In this document: positions 40,135 through 52,225 of the stretch, piece after piece | Layout of the letters: each line of letters opens with the position of its first letter | Numbering within the stretch: position 1 is the first letter of the stretch | Source of the DNA: Lama guanicoe | Lineage: Eukaryota | NCBI GenBank assembly: GCA_013239625.1 | Contig: MU056277.1 | Location: forward strand, 1,962,076 to 2,026,075 | Reading direction: 5' to 3' | Length of the DNA: 64,000 nt | Position numbers and translations under genes: made by a program | The notes under the pieces: generated by a model | Told to the model about the DNA's origin: nothing | Seen by the model: only the letters and a program-made list of their open reading frames with translations | Database searches by the model: none

Positions 40135-40904
40135 GTAAGGCTGGTCATCCTCTTCAGTGGCCTGAAATGTGCGTCTGAGTAAGGGACGTTGTTCCCAGGT
40201 GACTGGCTGGTTTGCTGACAGGGAGCGAGCAGGGCTTCGTGCCCCCTTCTCGGCAGCTCCTTCACTGCTTTTCCTCGAGGACAAGCATGTCAGAAACCTG
40301 GTCACTGAAACGCAGGTGTGAGGGCCTCGCGTGTGGGCCCGTGCTGGACACCTGTCTTCATCCTGGAGTCCTGGGGGGAGCCGGGAGCGTCCTAATTTGG
40401 GGGCACGTTCACCAGCCACACTGGATTATGACGCTGGCTGCGTTTCCCCTGTTCCTAAGTTCCTGTGATCTCCTAAAAACATTAAGAGAAAGAGTGAAAA
40501 AGAGTGAGAACCACAGTGAGGTATGAATTAAGGAGAGGTCGGGTGTGTTTTAGAAACAGCCTAATTGTTCTCAGTCGTAAAAAATACAGTGGAAGGACTT
40601 TTACAATTTCCAACAGTAATTTACCCAAATAACGTAATGAAGATGGGGCGCCAGCAGCAGGCCAGACTGAGGCAAAACACAGCCTGGAGGCAGCGCGTCT
40701 CTGCCGCGGGACCTGGTTTCCGTACACACGTCCCATAATTAAGGAGAACGGCCCTTGGTTTTGTCGTGAGATAAGCTGGTTTCCTTTTTATGTGATTCAT
40801 CTGAGGCGCTGGGATAAAGTGGGTCCCAGCAAGCGCTGGGGGGCGTGACGGGGCAGCCGGCCCGTTGAAGCCACTGACGGCCCCACGCTCTCTTTCCACG
40901 GCAG

Positions 40905-40985
40905 CTGATCATCGACACCCCCACGAGCCCGGTGACGAGCGGCCTCCCGCTGTTCTTCGTCATCACCGTCACGGCCGTCAAGCAG
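40905..40985 (+). CDS. ATP11A: ATP11A exon 4 (81 nt): [27 protein letters not shown] (TM2)
   Basis: cggcag| ... |gtgagg, phase 0-0. Confidence 0.97.
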
Positions 40986-41394
40986 GTGAGGCGAGGCAGG
41001 CGTGCAGGGGCCACACGGGGCCCCCGCCAGCTGGTGCCACCTTTCCTCCTCGGGCAGGCCGTAGGAAGCCGCTGCCAGGCATCCCCCGGTGCGACGGTCC
41101 AGGCCCACGCTTGAGCTAAGATCAGGGGGACGACCTAGCCGAGTGCTAGTTTGGTGCCTGAGAGTAGGAGGAGGAAACTCGTTCTCAAACTGAACCCGCC
41201 AGACTCGGCACCTGGCTTCCGGTGACTTGCTTCACCCCATGTCCTCGGAGGTCTGACCCCAAGGACCTGCTGCTACCGAGGTTCTGGGTGTGGCCGACTC
41301 CTGACTCGCTCAGTGGGTCGTGCTGTTCTCTGCGGTCCTGACGAGTCAAGCCAGGGACTGACAGGAGGAACAGTCCGCAGGGATTTCCCACCAC

Positions 41395-41886
41395 CGGTGC
41401 AGCTAGATTAGTGCTCAGCCATCACCTTTATGGGTCCAGAAAGTTCCGGTCGCCTCCGAGGAAAGCCGGTCCCTGTGAGCGTCACTCCCCACCCCCGCCT
41501 CCAGCCCCTGGCGGCCACCAGTCTAATCTGTCGCTGCAGTTTGCCTGTTCTGGACGTTTCACAGTCGGAGTCGTAGGCTAGTGGCCTTTCGTGTCTGGCC
41601 CGGTCCACCGGGCGCTGCATTTTCAAGGTTTATTCACGTGTGGCCGGTGCCAGTGCTTCATTCCCACGATGGGCAACACCCCATTGTGGGGACACAGCAC
41701 GTTTTGTGTGTCCATCGCCACTGGTGGACGTTTGGGATGCTTCTGTTTGAGAACGTTAAGAACCTTCGCATCCAAGTTGTGTGTGGACACAGGTTCAGTT
41801 CTCCGGGGCACAGACGAGGGTGGAGTCATGGGAACAGCACGGCTCGTCTGCTCTAAGGGCCGCCGGGTGCTTCCAGGGTGACGGCC
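41395..41886 (-). mobile_element. L1MB-like 3' UTR fragment
   Basis: CAGCCCCTGGCGGCCACCAGTCT...TTTGCCTGTTCTGGACGTTTCA...TTTTCAAGGTTTATTCACGTG...GTGTGGACACAGGTT. Confidence 0.75.
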
Positions 41887-41924
41887 AGGGCAGGGGCCCG
41901 GCTCACGCTTCCCCTCCGTCCCAG

Positions 41925-42032
41925 GGCTACGAGGACTGGCTCCGCCACAAGGCCGACAGCGCCGTGAACCAGTGCCCCGTCCACTTCGTCCAGCACGGCA
42001 AGCTCGTCCGGAAGCAGAGCCGGAAACTGAGG
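41925..42032 (+). CDS. ATP11A: ATP11A exon 5 (108 nt): GYEDWLRHKADSAVNQCPVHFVQHGKLVRKQSRKLR
   Basis: tcccag| ... |gtgagt; EDW.RH..D motif. Confidence 0.97.
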
Positions 42033-43639
42033 GTGAGTCAGGACCGACCCCTGTCCGGCTTCAGACCCGGAGCAGTGACCAGACAACCTCGCGCTGCGTT
42101 TACTTTCTTTGGCAAACCCTTTGTCTGCGGTTGTCTTACTCCTTAGGTGTAGACCCAGCCTCTTCCCCCGTGACCTCTCACTTCAGGCAGGCCCCCCACC
42201 GGCTTTTCTTTTTTACCCTTTTTATGTCTGCATTTTTCTGTAACGCTGTAACAGACTTTGTCTCTGGAGCAGGTGCCGGGTCACGGCAGATTGGGGGGGG
42301 GTCCAGAGCTTCCGTGGCCCCGCCACCCCGCTCCCAGCAGGGTGTGGAGCCTGGAGCCGGTCCTGCCCGTCGGCAGGGAGCCTGGAGGCGCTTGCAGAAA
42401 ACGTGTTCCGCTGTAAGGCCAAGTCCTGTTAACATGAGCAACTCCACTGGTTGGAAGTTTGTGAAAGCGGGGACAGAAACTTCACTGAAAGCTGCATTTT
42501 AATTTCTTTTTTTTTCCAGTGGATTATTGGAGTAACAGTGTCTCATACGTTTAAATGTGTTTACATTATTAAAGTCAGTTATTTTCAGATCTCTGGTGGC
42601 CTATAGAAACACCTGTGTGTGTGCAGACGACAAATACGGTTTTTACTGTTTGTCCCCGAGCTGTGTTTAGCCGTGAGCCTGGGGACGGAGCCTGGCCAGC
42701 CTCCCCTCCTCCTCCCCAGGCTGGTCCTCGTCCTGTCGCCGGCCCACCCGCCCCGACCCTCCATCCCTCGGGGCTGCTCTCCTGGCCGGAGGTGGTGGCA
42801 GGGCCATCGGGAAGCCTCAGGGAGGGGCAGCCGCCAGTCCCCGCGCACAGGGACAGAGGAGCCGTCTTTGGCTTCCTTCCAACCCCACCCTCTGCTTCCA
42901 GACACACTGCTGAGCCGTGAGGAGGCGCAGCCGGTCACCCTGGGGGTCAGTGGGCCTTGGGTTCCGGATCCCAGGCCCCTCCTGTCCCTCCATCATCAGC
43001 GCCTGGCCCACCTTCGTTACCCCCTTTAGTTGTCACATGAGTCAGACAGAGTATTGAGTGTATTTTTGTCTTAAGCCACATTTTCCTTGTTCTATAAATT
43101 TTACTGCCATGTGTCCCAGTACCTCGGAACGAGCTCCCCTCACTCGGCCTGGACTGACGCTGTTCCCCTAGTGGTCACGGGGTCAGGGAGGTGAGGGGCC
43201 CGGAGCGGTGGGAACCGCACGTACCTCTTAACAGGCTCCTTCGGGCCCCAGGCCCTGAATACTGTAGAGCCCTGAACGCTGGATTTCCTGTGCAAAGTCT
43301 TCCATACATTTAATAAACATCTCTTCAAAGACAGACCTAAATCGTTCCTCCCAGCAGAAAACTGAATTTTTTAATGCACTGATCACCTGCGGGAGGCGTC
43401 TGCTCTGAGTCCAGCCTGTCTCAGCCGAGGATTTAATGGCGCCTGTGAGGCAAGGAGGGGAGAGGAGTTTGCTCAGGACTGGTTGCGAGGGAGCCTGTGA
43501 GCTGTGCGTCTCCGAGACCCGTCCGGACCGGGTGGGCCGTCCCGTCTGCAACCTGCGGGCCTGGCTCTCCTCTCGCAGCGCAGCTCCCAGGGGACGCCCC
43601 CCGCGTGGGCGCCGCCCCAGCCCGTGGGGTGGGGACCAG

Positions 43640-44690
43640 GAGGAGGATGCTGGGGCGCTTCACAGGGAAAGCTGCGTGACCGTTTGAGTGCAGGTTTCTG
43701 TGTGGGTCGGTTTCCACTCCCCTGGCCCAGACGCCCTGGCGTCACGAACGCTTGCCGGGCCATCTAGTAAACCCGTTGTTTGTTTTCAGAGAAACAGCCA
43801 GACCGTTCCCGGAGCGGGGACTCCGTTTTACTCGCCCGCCAGCAACGTCGAGAGGCCCGTGCCTCAGCCTCCCCGGCCGCGCTGGGCCCTGCGTCTCGGT
43901 GCAGTTCAGGCAGGCGTCGCCCTCGTGGCTTCCGGACGCTTGGCGGGCGCTTGTCTGCCATCGGCGCCTGCTCTTCGGTGCACCCGCGGCTCCTGCCCGC
44001 TTCTTCCCTGGGCTGCTTGAGGGCTTGTGTCTTCGCTGCTGAGCCTTGAGAGTCTGTGTATTATAGACCTCAGCCCACTTCAGACCAGCCTCGGGGGCTC
44101 ACAGTGCAGAGCCGGCCCTGCTGAGGTCCGGTCGCCGACTCTCCCGTCGTGGGCTGTGCTTCAGTTCAGGGTTGAGAACTCTTTGCCAAGCCCTGGAGCC
44201 CAAGGGTTTTTCTCCTGTTTTTTTTCCTAAAAGGCTTGTACTTTTATGTTCTAGACTGAAGTTCTGACCCGTTTTGCGTCACTTTCCCCGCAAGGCGTGA
44301 GGTTCGTGTGGAAGTCCCCTTTCTGCCCGGTCGCTCCAGCCTCGTCTGTCGCAGAGGCTGCCGCTCCTCCCCTGAGCTGCTCTCGATCCTGGGGAGCGTG
44401 TTCGTGGGTGTGTTTCTGGGTTCTCTGTCCTGATGTGATGGTGTGTGCCGTCCTCCACGGGGACCCCGCGGTCCCGGCCCCTGCGGCCGCGTCACCGCCT
44501 TCACACCGCAGGTGACTCCCGCCCACCCTCCGGTCCGAGCGCTGTGGCCTTTCCCCGTGGAGCTCGGAGCACGCCCGTGGAGGTCTGCAGACACCCTTGC
44601 GGGATTTGCATAGGAGTTTTGCTGAGCCCGTGGGTCTAACTGGGGAGAGAGAGCAGCCCCCAGTTTTTAAGTCTTCAGACACCGGGTGTG
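43640..44690 (-). mobile_element. L1M ORF2 3' region fragment, strongly GC-shifted
   Basis: GTGCAGGTTTCTGTGTGG...AGAAACAGCCAGACCGTTCCC...CCGCCAGCAACG...TTGAGAGTCTGTGTATTATAGAC. Ends approximate. Confidence 0.65.
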
Positions 44691-45397
44691 AGCTGGGGCC
44701 ACCATCCGGGTGACACTTGTCCTCAGACGGAAGCACCTGGCGGGCAGCAGCGAGACCAGCCAGGCAGCTGGAAGGACTCTGAACCCAGGAGCTCATCACT
44801 GACTGGTGGGGTTCCGATGTCTCTTCACCGTCCAGACGCTGTCCGATGTCCCCATCGGAGAAGAGGGGCTTTCCTGGGCGGTGATGACCCTCTGGTGATG
44901 ATCAAACTGCAGTGATTAACTCCTACGTAAAAGTCTGTATGACGAACATTCTGTGATTCATTTTTACTTCAGTTTTGCAACATGGTTTCCGGGTTCTGCT
45001 TCATTCTTGTCACATTCATGTCATCTGGACAGTGCCTTGGTTGCAGTGTTCAGAAACCCGAGAGCTCTCCCACCTGGTCCTAGGTTAGCGCCTTCCCGCA
45101 GGAGTAACTCCCACTCGGCCTGTTGGCGCTCGCGCTGCCCCGTGGGGGCCGGATCGGGGCGGTGTGGTGACGGCTGTTGTGTTTTCACAGCAGAGCCCTC
45201 TGCCGTAATGCACTTCCCTGCGTCACGGGTCTGACTGGTGCGCTGACCACACTGGTCTCTCCTGGATTTGGGCCGAGCGTCTGGGAAATGACCTGCCTCA
45301 GAGTCACACTAATGAACACAGACCTGCCCGCAGCGTCCCCTGTGGGAGCCGCTGCACGAAGGCGGTTCATGGCACTGTCTGTCTGTCTGTCCTGCAG

Positions 45398-45526
45398 GTC
45401 GGGGACATCGTCATGGTCAAGGAGGACGAGACCTTCCCCTGCGACCTGGTCTTTTTGTCCAGCAGCCGCGCAGACGGGACCTGCCACGTGACCACCGCCA
45501 GCCTGGACGGGGAGTCCAGCCACAAA
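45398..45526 (+). CDS. ATP11A: ATP11A exon 6 (129 nt): [43 protein letters not shown] (A domain, DGES)
   Basis: ctgcag| ... |gtaatg; VGDIV and LDGES actuator motifs. Confidence 0.98.
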
Positions 45527-47491
45527 GTAATGTGCCTGTGATTCGTGACCCGGGGCCCCCTTCCGAGCCGAGCGCGTGTGTCCAGAAGGGACACCGCGTG
45601 TGAGGTTCAGCAAGTGCAGGGAACCCGGCTGCTCTTCCCCCTCGGTGCCCGTGAGGACCCGCCTCTCAGGTTGACAGAAGCAACCCCGAGTCGCTTACTG
45701 GCTGTGTTGTTTAGCCCGGGTACCAAGTCCAGGGTGCAAGGAATAGCTTGTTGGAATTTTTAAGTTTTCATTTTACTGGTCAAAGTCAGGGACTTTACTA
45801 GACTGGAACTGTGTGAAAAGTGAGTCCAAATTTTGCCCGAGTATTCCTTCAATGAGTGTCTTTGTGTTAAAATATCTTAGTAAGGATTTGCTGAAATTAT
45901 AATTAGTTTCTTACACTCAGGATGGAATTCAGCTGGTGCCACACAATTTTAATAAATAATCGAAAGAAAAACAAAAAACCACATCCCTGTTAATTTTGAG
46001 GATTCCAATGTTTAAAAACCTGGACGCTTCCGAGGAGCCTCTGGACGTGAGCTCGGCTCCGAAGGTGCTGAAGCTGCCTGTGGATGCGCTCAGCTCCCCC
46101 AGAGGGAAGGAGACGCTTTCTGTGCAAACAGCCCTGAAGGATGTGCTGGTCCTCTATGGACAGCCCTGTGGGGCTTCTGCGTCCACCTCCACATTGCCTT
46201 TGTAACCAGCCCCAAGAGAGGGCGCCCTCTGCACCACTGACCATCAGCAAGAAAATAGAAAGCGGAGGGTGTTCAGTGGCTGTTGGAGCACCGGGGTGGG
46301 GGTGGGGGTCGTGTTCTCATCTTCCCTGGCCTGGATGAGCCGCGAATCCCCGGCTGCGGGCCGTGGGCCGCCGCCTGCACCCCCCAACCCTGGAGGGATG
46401 TCCTGCCCATACTGGCCCCAGCTCCACTGCCAGCAGATGCCAGGGGGTCCAGGGGCATCACTGTTTTCGGGGTAAAGTTTGGTGGCAGCTGCCCTGGTCC
46501 AGACGTGGCCAAGGTCAGGATCATGCTGCACTTGGACCTTCGTGTGTCTGTGCTCGGGGCCTGGGGTCATCTGAGCCCTTTCCTTGAAAGCAGAGTGGGC
46601 GTGGGACACCCCCGCCCTGGTCATGTTTTCACGTCCATAAAATGGACACAAACCTGTCTTCCAGGGGCTCTTGGGAGGAACTCATTAGAAAATTCCCCAA
46701 AGTGCTGGATACACACACACCCCCAAAGCGGCACAGATGTGGCCGCGGGGGCTGCTGGGATCGCGTCCCCTGCTGCTCTGAGTCACCGGAGAGACACGTG
46801 CCCTCTCACCAGCCCCAACGCTGTCCCTCCCCATGTTCATACCCCCAGTGCCTCCTGGGCTGGCTTCCCAGGACCGGGTCGCAGACCGGCAGCAGCAGCT
46901 TACCTGGGATCAGGGTAGACGTGCAGGTCTCGGGTTCCGCCCCAGACCCACAGCCCAGAAACTCCAAGGCGAGGCCAGGGGGTCCATGCCCGACCAGCCC
47001 TCCCGGGCATCCCGAGGCCCACCTGGGGCCGAGGCCGGGTGAGGGTCTGGGCGGGTACGCTCCCCGGACAGGGACCGGCAGGGCATTTGTGGTGCCTGCG
47101 ACAGCTCTCTGTAGACAACAGGGAATCGTATAAACAGGAAGGAATATTTTAGCTCCTGAGTCTGTGTCTGAGACACCACTGCGGGGTTAAATCGAAGCGC
47201 CCAGTTCTGAAGAATTACCAGCATTGCCATGTGTCCTTTTACCTTTAAGTGGGGGCTCTGCTAAGGATGGAAGAGGCCTGGGGCCTGACAGACTCAGGAA
47301 CAGCAGTGGCCTCATAGTTCCGTAACTGACTTATATTCACAGACTCCTTCCTGTAGGTCTGGTCCCGTGGGGTCATCGGGCTGTTTACACGCATAAACGG
47401 TGAAGCTTGGTGCTGCCGAGGACGGCAGGCACCTGCGCTGGCTTCCTGCTGGTGGTTGTGGTGTGAATTCGCACTTTCTGTCCGTCTGCAG

Positions 47492-47595
47492 ACCCATTAT
47501 GCAGTTCAAGACACAAAGGGGTTTCACACTGAAGAGGACGTCGGCGGCCTCCACGCCACCATCGAGTGCGAACAGCCCCAGCCCGACCTCTACAG
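47492..47595 (+). CDS. ATP11A: ATP11A exon 7 (104 nt): [34 protein letters not shown](R)
   Basis: ctgcag| ... |gtgagc, phase 0-2; IECE.P..DLY motif. Confidence 0.96.
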
Positions 47596-47597
47596 GT

Positions 47598-47760
47598 GAG
47601 CCGCCTGCTGCCCGCCGCCCCGCTGCCCGCCCCCGGTCCACCGCCCGCCCCCGGTCCACCGCCCCCCTGCTGCNNNNNNNNNNNNNNNNNNNNNNNNNNN
47701 NNNNNNNNNNCCCGCCCCCCGCCCGGCCACTGCCCCGCTGCCCGCCCCAAGTCCACCGCA
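47598..47760. repeat. C-rich minisatellite (about 18-nt unit GCCCGCCCCCGGTCCACC) interrupted by a 37-N gap at 47674-47710
   Basis: Two adjacent units before the gap and variant units after it. Confidence 0.8.
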
Positions 47761-48154
47761 TTGGGCGCCTGGAAGGAGACTGAGCGTCCCTGCGTTAAAT
47801 TTAAGACTCGGTCAAAAACACGTCCCTTGTGTATTTACACAGCCCAGCAGCGTCCCGATGGTGGCTCTTTATACGGATAGTTGATACAAATATTCGAAAA
47901 GGCCTAATGCAACTAAATTTGTTGAGGAAAAATGAATTTTCTGTATTTTGAGGAAGTGATTTTAAGGAAAATCATTAAAGTCACAGGCTGATGAAACAGG
48001 AAGCAAAGGGAGGGCGAGGGATGAGGAACCCGGCTCAGGCCACCTCCCTCCTGCGGAGCAGGGGCTCGGTCCCGCCCCCGGCCCCTGCTGCCCTACCAAC
48101 TACCTACCTACCTGAGGGAGCCTGCGGTCACCAACCTGCCTCCCCTGTTGCCAG

Positions 48155-48205
48155 GTTTGTGGGCCGCATCAACGTCTACAGCGACCTGAACGACCCCGTG
48201 GTGAG
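48155..48205 (+). CDS. ATP11A: ATP11A exon 8 (51 nt): FVGRINVYSDLNDPVV(R)
   Basis: tgccag| ... |gtgagg, phase 2-2. Confidence 0.95.
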
Positions 48206-49519
48206 GTGAGGAGACGTGCTGCTCCCGGGCAAGTTCCTCTCGTGTTAAATTGCAAGCGGATTCCTCTGCTGAGGAGAGAATTTCCCCGGGCGCCGAGGGT
48301 GGGGCTCCTCCTGTGTACGCGTCTAGGCGTGCCGGCGTCTCACTGGCGGAGCGCGACCCCCCGTGATCGTGCTGGGGCCCCTCCCGGCGGCAGAAGGCCT
48401 TTCATAGCGAGCGGACTGTGCGTCTTCAGCTGTGGGGTCGGAGGGCTTCCGACGGGGAGGCCGTTCACTGGTTCATCGTCACCCCTGGGACACGGTCTTG
48501 GCTCTAGACGTCGGGGAATACGAGGGCCTGTCACGGGGTCACTTCCCCTGGGGACGGGGGGCCCTGCCTCTGGGGACGCCCACCCGTGCATCTCGGCCGC
48601 CTGCTCGGCCTCACCTGACGCAGGTGGCCGACTCGGAGCCCGGGACGAGCCGGGTCAGGACCAGCGCGGCCTGTGCTGCGCGCACTTCCCGGCCGGGCGC
48701 CCTGGGTCTGGACGTCGTCCGTCGCTCTGCACGGAGCGGCCTGGCTTTCACTCAGCTTGGAAGTTGCGCCTTTTCCGTAAAGCCCGCTCATTAGGGGAGC
48801 TGTTTTTCTTCGAGTTTAAGTCTCCAAATTGTCCCTGACCTGGTGTTACCTTGTGTGTCAGAGAAAACCCTTGCCCAGAAGCAGAAAAGAGCTCAGGGGA
48901 AATGGCTGCGGAGTAAGCGGTCACTGGACCACGAGTCCCTGGGGCTGACCTCCTCGAGCGGCTCTCGAAATTACCTGTTTCAGGGAGACAGGCTGGTGCT
49001 CCCCGAGCATGTTTTTAATCACCGTTTGCGGCAGCAGACCGGCAGGTGTGTCCCAGAATCTACGGAGGCTTTGCTTCGGTCTTTGTTAAATATGTATCGT
49101 TGTAAATACCTAGTTACTTTGGAGAAATGACCTGGGTTTCTGTGTCTCTGATCGTGTTTGAACAAGAGAGAGTAGATTTAGGTACATTCACGTGCCCTGA
49201 AGTCGGCCTGCAGACCCTCCTAGTTTGGTATTTGGACGGAGTTGCAGGCTGAGCCCCTCGCAGAGGTCGTTAATAACACACTTAGTATTTGGTGCTTATT
49301 CTGGCTTAGCTTTTTAAGTATTTCTACAGTTCAGCAGACTTTCAGTGTATGGGTGTCTGAGATGTTCATACGTTTGTGGTGTGGACAGTTACGAATTCTA
49401 GGTCCAACTTCTCCATCTTTTCAGAGTAATATTTCTTCGTTCACCCGTCCAAACTAGAAGCAGCGCACTTTCTTCCCCAATATTTGTTTCTTTAAAAAAA
49501 AATTCTCTTAATAACCAGG

Positions 49520-49647
49520 TTTTGCAGGGGTGGGAGGGGTAATTAGGTTTATTTATTTGTTTATTATTTTAATGGCAGTACTGGGGATTGAACCCAGGAC
49601 CTCGTGCATGCTAAGCACGCGCTCTACCACTGAGCTGTCCCCTCCCC
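49520..49647 (-). mobile_element. tRNA-Ala-derived SINE (camelid vic-1-like), best-preserved copy
   Basis: Minus strand reads GGGGAGGGGACAGCTCAGTGGTAGAGCGCGTGCTTAGCATGCACGAGGTCCTGGGTTCAATCCCCAGTAC, then an AT-rich tail with CCTAATTACCCC. Confidence 0.88.
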
Positions 49648-50107
49648 TGCAAAGTACGTTTTTAAGTAAATTATTCTTAGACTGCCCAGAAGTACTTTAT
49701 AAGAGGGCCATTTGTTTTCATAAAGTCAGGAGGCTGACAGCTCTTGTAACACGCAGACACCAAGTGCGCAGCCGGACGCTGTGTCTCGCGTGGCTGTCAG
49801 GCCGGGGACACACGTGGGGGCCGGGGGCAGGTCGCAGCAGGCCAGGTGTGTCCCCGCCAGCACGCCTCGCTGAGCAGCCCCTTCTCGTCTTCAGAGGGGC
49901 CTGGTCCTGCGCTGCGCTGTCTGAGTGCTGAAGGCACGCTGAGTTTGTAACGTGCAGGAGGCGCCCGCTCTCTGCGTACACTGACAGAGAAGGCGAACCT
50001 TTGAAAGTACTTGCAGCTCGTCCCTCTCCCCTCCAGGACGTGGGGAGGGCGCTGCGATAACACAGTTAGTGCATCTGGATTGTGCTGTTTTTTCAACTGC
50101 ACGTTTA

Positions 50108-50262
50108 TGTTTTTAATTTTATTACTTTTTTGTTTTAAGGTTTTGTTTTGGGGGTTAGTAAGGTTTCTTTTGTTTGTTTGTTTTAATGGAGGCACTGGGG
50201 GCGCAGCGCAGGACCTGGTGTGTGCTAAGCACGCGCTCTACTGCTGAGCTCTACCCACCCCC
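50108..50262 (-). mobile_element. tRNA-Ala-derived SINE, B box degenerate
   Basis: Minus strand reads AGAGCTCAGCAGTAGAGCGCGTGCTTAGCACACAC..., with an (AAAC)n-like tail. Confidence 0.8.
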
Positions 50263-50770
50263 TGAATTCTGCTTCTTATTTCTTCTTCTTGGGAGATGAG
50301 AAGAAGTTATCACTCAGTCAGCAAAGGGGCCACCGGACCACGAGCCCCCATAGCAGAGACTCACGGTTGAGTCTCAACGTCTTGTTCCTGCCCGACTTCC
50401 CGCTGGAGCAGCCGTGTGTGGACTGTTCCAGGCTTCAGGCCACCTGCCTTCAGGGGGCCTGGTGGGCTTGGTGGCAGTGCGTGTAAAGGTCTCCCAGCCT
50501 CGGTTCTACAGGTGTGACCGTGTCACACAGAACTCCCGGGGAACGTGGTGGAGACCACCGAAGGAGTCACAGAGACCGCCCTTCCGCTTTGCCAGAGCCC
50601 ATGGGGTGTTTGGTGCGGGGCCGCAGGCGTGCAGCCTGTTGGGAGTGGATTTCTGGGCTGGTCCGTCAGGTGACACTTCTGACCAGGGCTGGGTACTACT
50701 GACGGCACAGTGCAGGGACCCCACATTGGCCTTCCACCCTCACTGTCGCAGGTGGAATGGGGTTAAAGCT

Positions 50771-50824
50771 TTGGGGTGCGGCTCGGGGGCTGGGTTGGAG
50801 GCTTGGGGTGCGGCTCAGGGGCTG
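50771..50824. repeat. Direct repeat of 22 nt, period 32, G-rich
   Basis: TTGGGGTGCGGCTC[G/A]GGGGCTG at 50771 and 50803. Confidence 0.8.
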
Positions 50825-51061
50825 TGGGAGAGGGTGAGGCTGGCCCAGCAAAGCTGACTGCAGGAATCTTCCAGCAGACGGGTTCTTACCGTCCCGCGGG
50901 CAGAGACCCCGTGCTTTACGTGGACCCGGTTAACGTTCACATCCAAACACAAGCAAATCCACGCTGAGACAGTTTCCTCCTAAGCGAAGTCTGCAAAGCC
51001 CCCTTGTGGTGCAGACGTGCTGTCTCCATTGCTCTGTTTCTGGTCGTCCTTGTCTCTGCAG

Positions 51062-51126
51062 GCCATTAGGATCGGAAAACTTGCTTCTTAGAGGAGCCAC
51101 GCTAAAGAACACCGAGAAAATCTTCG
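51062..51126 (+). CDS. ATP11A: ATP11A exon 9 (65 nt): PLGSENLLLRGATLKNTEKIF(G)
   Basis: ctgcag| ... |gtaagt, phase 2-1; LLLRG..LKNT motif. Confidence 0.97.
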
Positions 51127-51634
51127 GTAAGTGTTTTAATTAGTGAATTATTAATAATAGCTTCTAAAATTAAGGGCCATTAAGCAGTTAAAATCCGTAG
51201 ACCGGCCGCGAGAGCTTCGCTTCGTGCTTGGAGGTCCTGTGGGCCTTGTGGCAGCAGCCACGCTGCCTCCCAGGAAAGCCAGCACCGAGGTGTGGCCACG
51301 CCCCGGGAGGCGGTGGCGTCTGAGGGTGCGCCTGCTCGCACATCATGTGCCTGTGGTTTTTGACCCAAACGTGAACTCAGTCCGTGAGAGAGTCCACACG
51401 GCCTTGTTCTGCAGGAAACGTCTTCCATGGCTGTTTCTTTGCTCGTGTCTCCCTCCCCTTTCTGTTGGGTTAACGCTTATGTTTTCACCGAAACAACTTG
51501 TAAACAGACAAATGTGTCCTGTTGTTGGAAACCCAGTATATCTGCATCTGAACTTTAAAAAAAGGTACAGATTGCTCCCCATGCAGGGGGAAGGTGTTTC
51601 TTTGGTCTAAAGAACCCGATGCGACTCTTCCTGA

Positions 51635-51847
<213 letters not shown>

Positions 51848-52134
51848 TAAGGCTCGGTACCCCGCGGTGGCTTTCGGCTGTCGCAGACCCCCGTGGATGT
51901 GAGGCCGCTCTCTCCCTGGCCTCGTGAGCCGCTCCCGCGTGGCGTCTGGGGGACAGCAGAGCTGATTACTCAGGCCGACCGTCTTCCTTTGTGGGCCTGT
52001 CAGCGGCCACACACCCTCAGCCCACGTCTGCAGGCTCCCTCGTGTGGGCTCCCAGAGTCCCGGTCCAGAGTCAGATACAGGTGCCCAGTGGCTCCTCCCA
52101 CTATTTCTTAAAAAAGTAAAAATTCGGTCACTTT

Positions 52135-52225
52135 ATTTGTGTATTTGTTTTTAGTGGGGGCACTGGGGCTGACCCCGTGCCTGCTCAGCCCGCGCTCCCC
52201 CCCGAGCTGTGTGTCCCCCACCCCG
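52135..52225 (-). mobile_element. Short, internally deleted tRNA-derived SINE with a 9-bp target-site duplication
   Basis: GGTCACTTT at 52126-52134 and 52226-52234 flanks a degenerate SINE head and tail. Confidence 0.7.

Noticed and set aside
45506-45517. DGES instead of the usual P4-ATPase DGET motif
   Set aside because: DGES is the normal ATP11A sequence, not an inactivating change.
45996-46205. Protein-like short ORF (MFKNLDASEEPLDV...) in intron 6
   Set aside because: No good splice sites, no recognised homology, and exons 6 and 7 already join in frame.
49573-49647. tRNA-Ala(AGC) gene
   Set aside because: The acceptor stem is broken, it is followed by the SINE tail, and several related diverged copies lie nearby.
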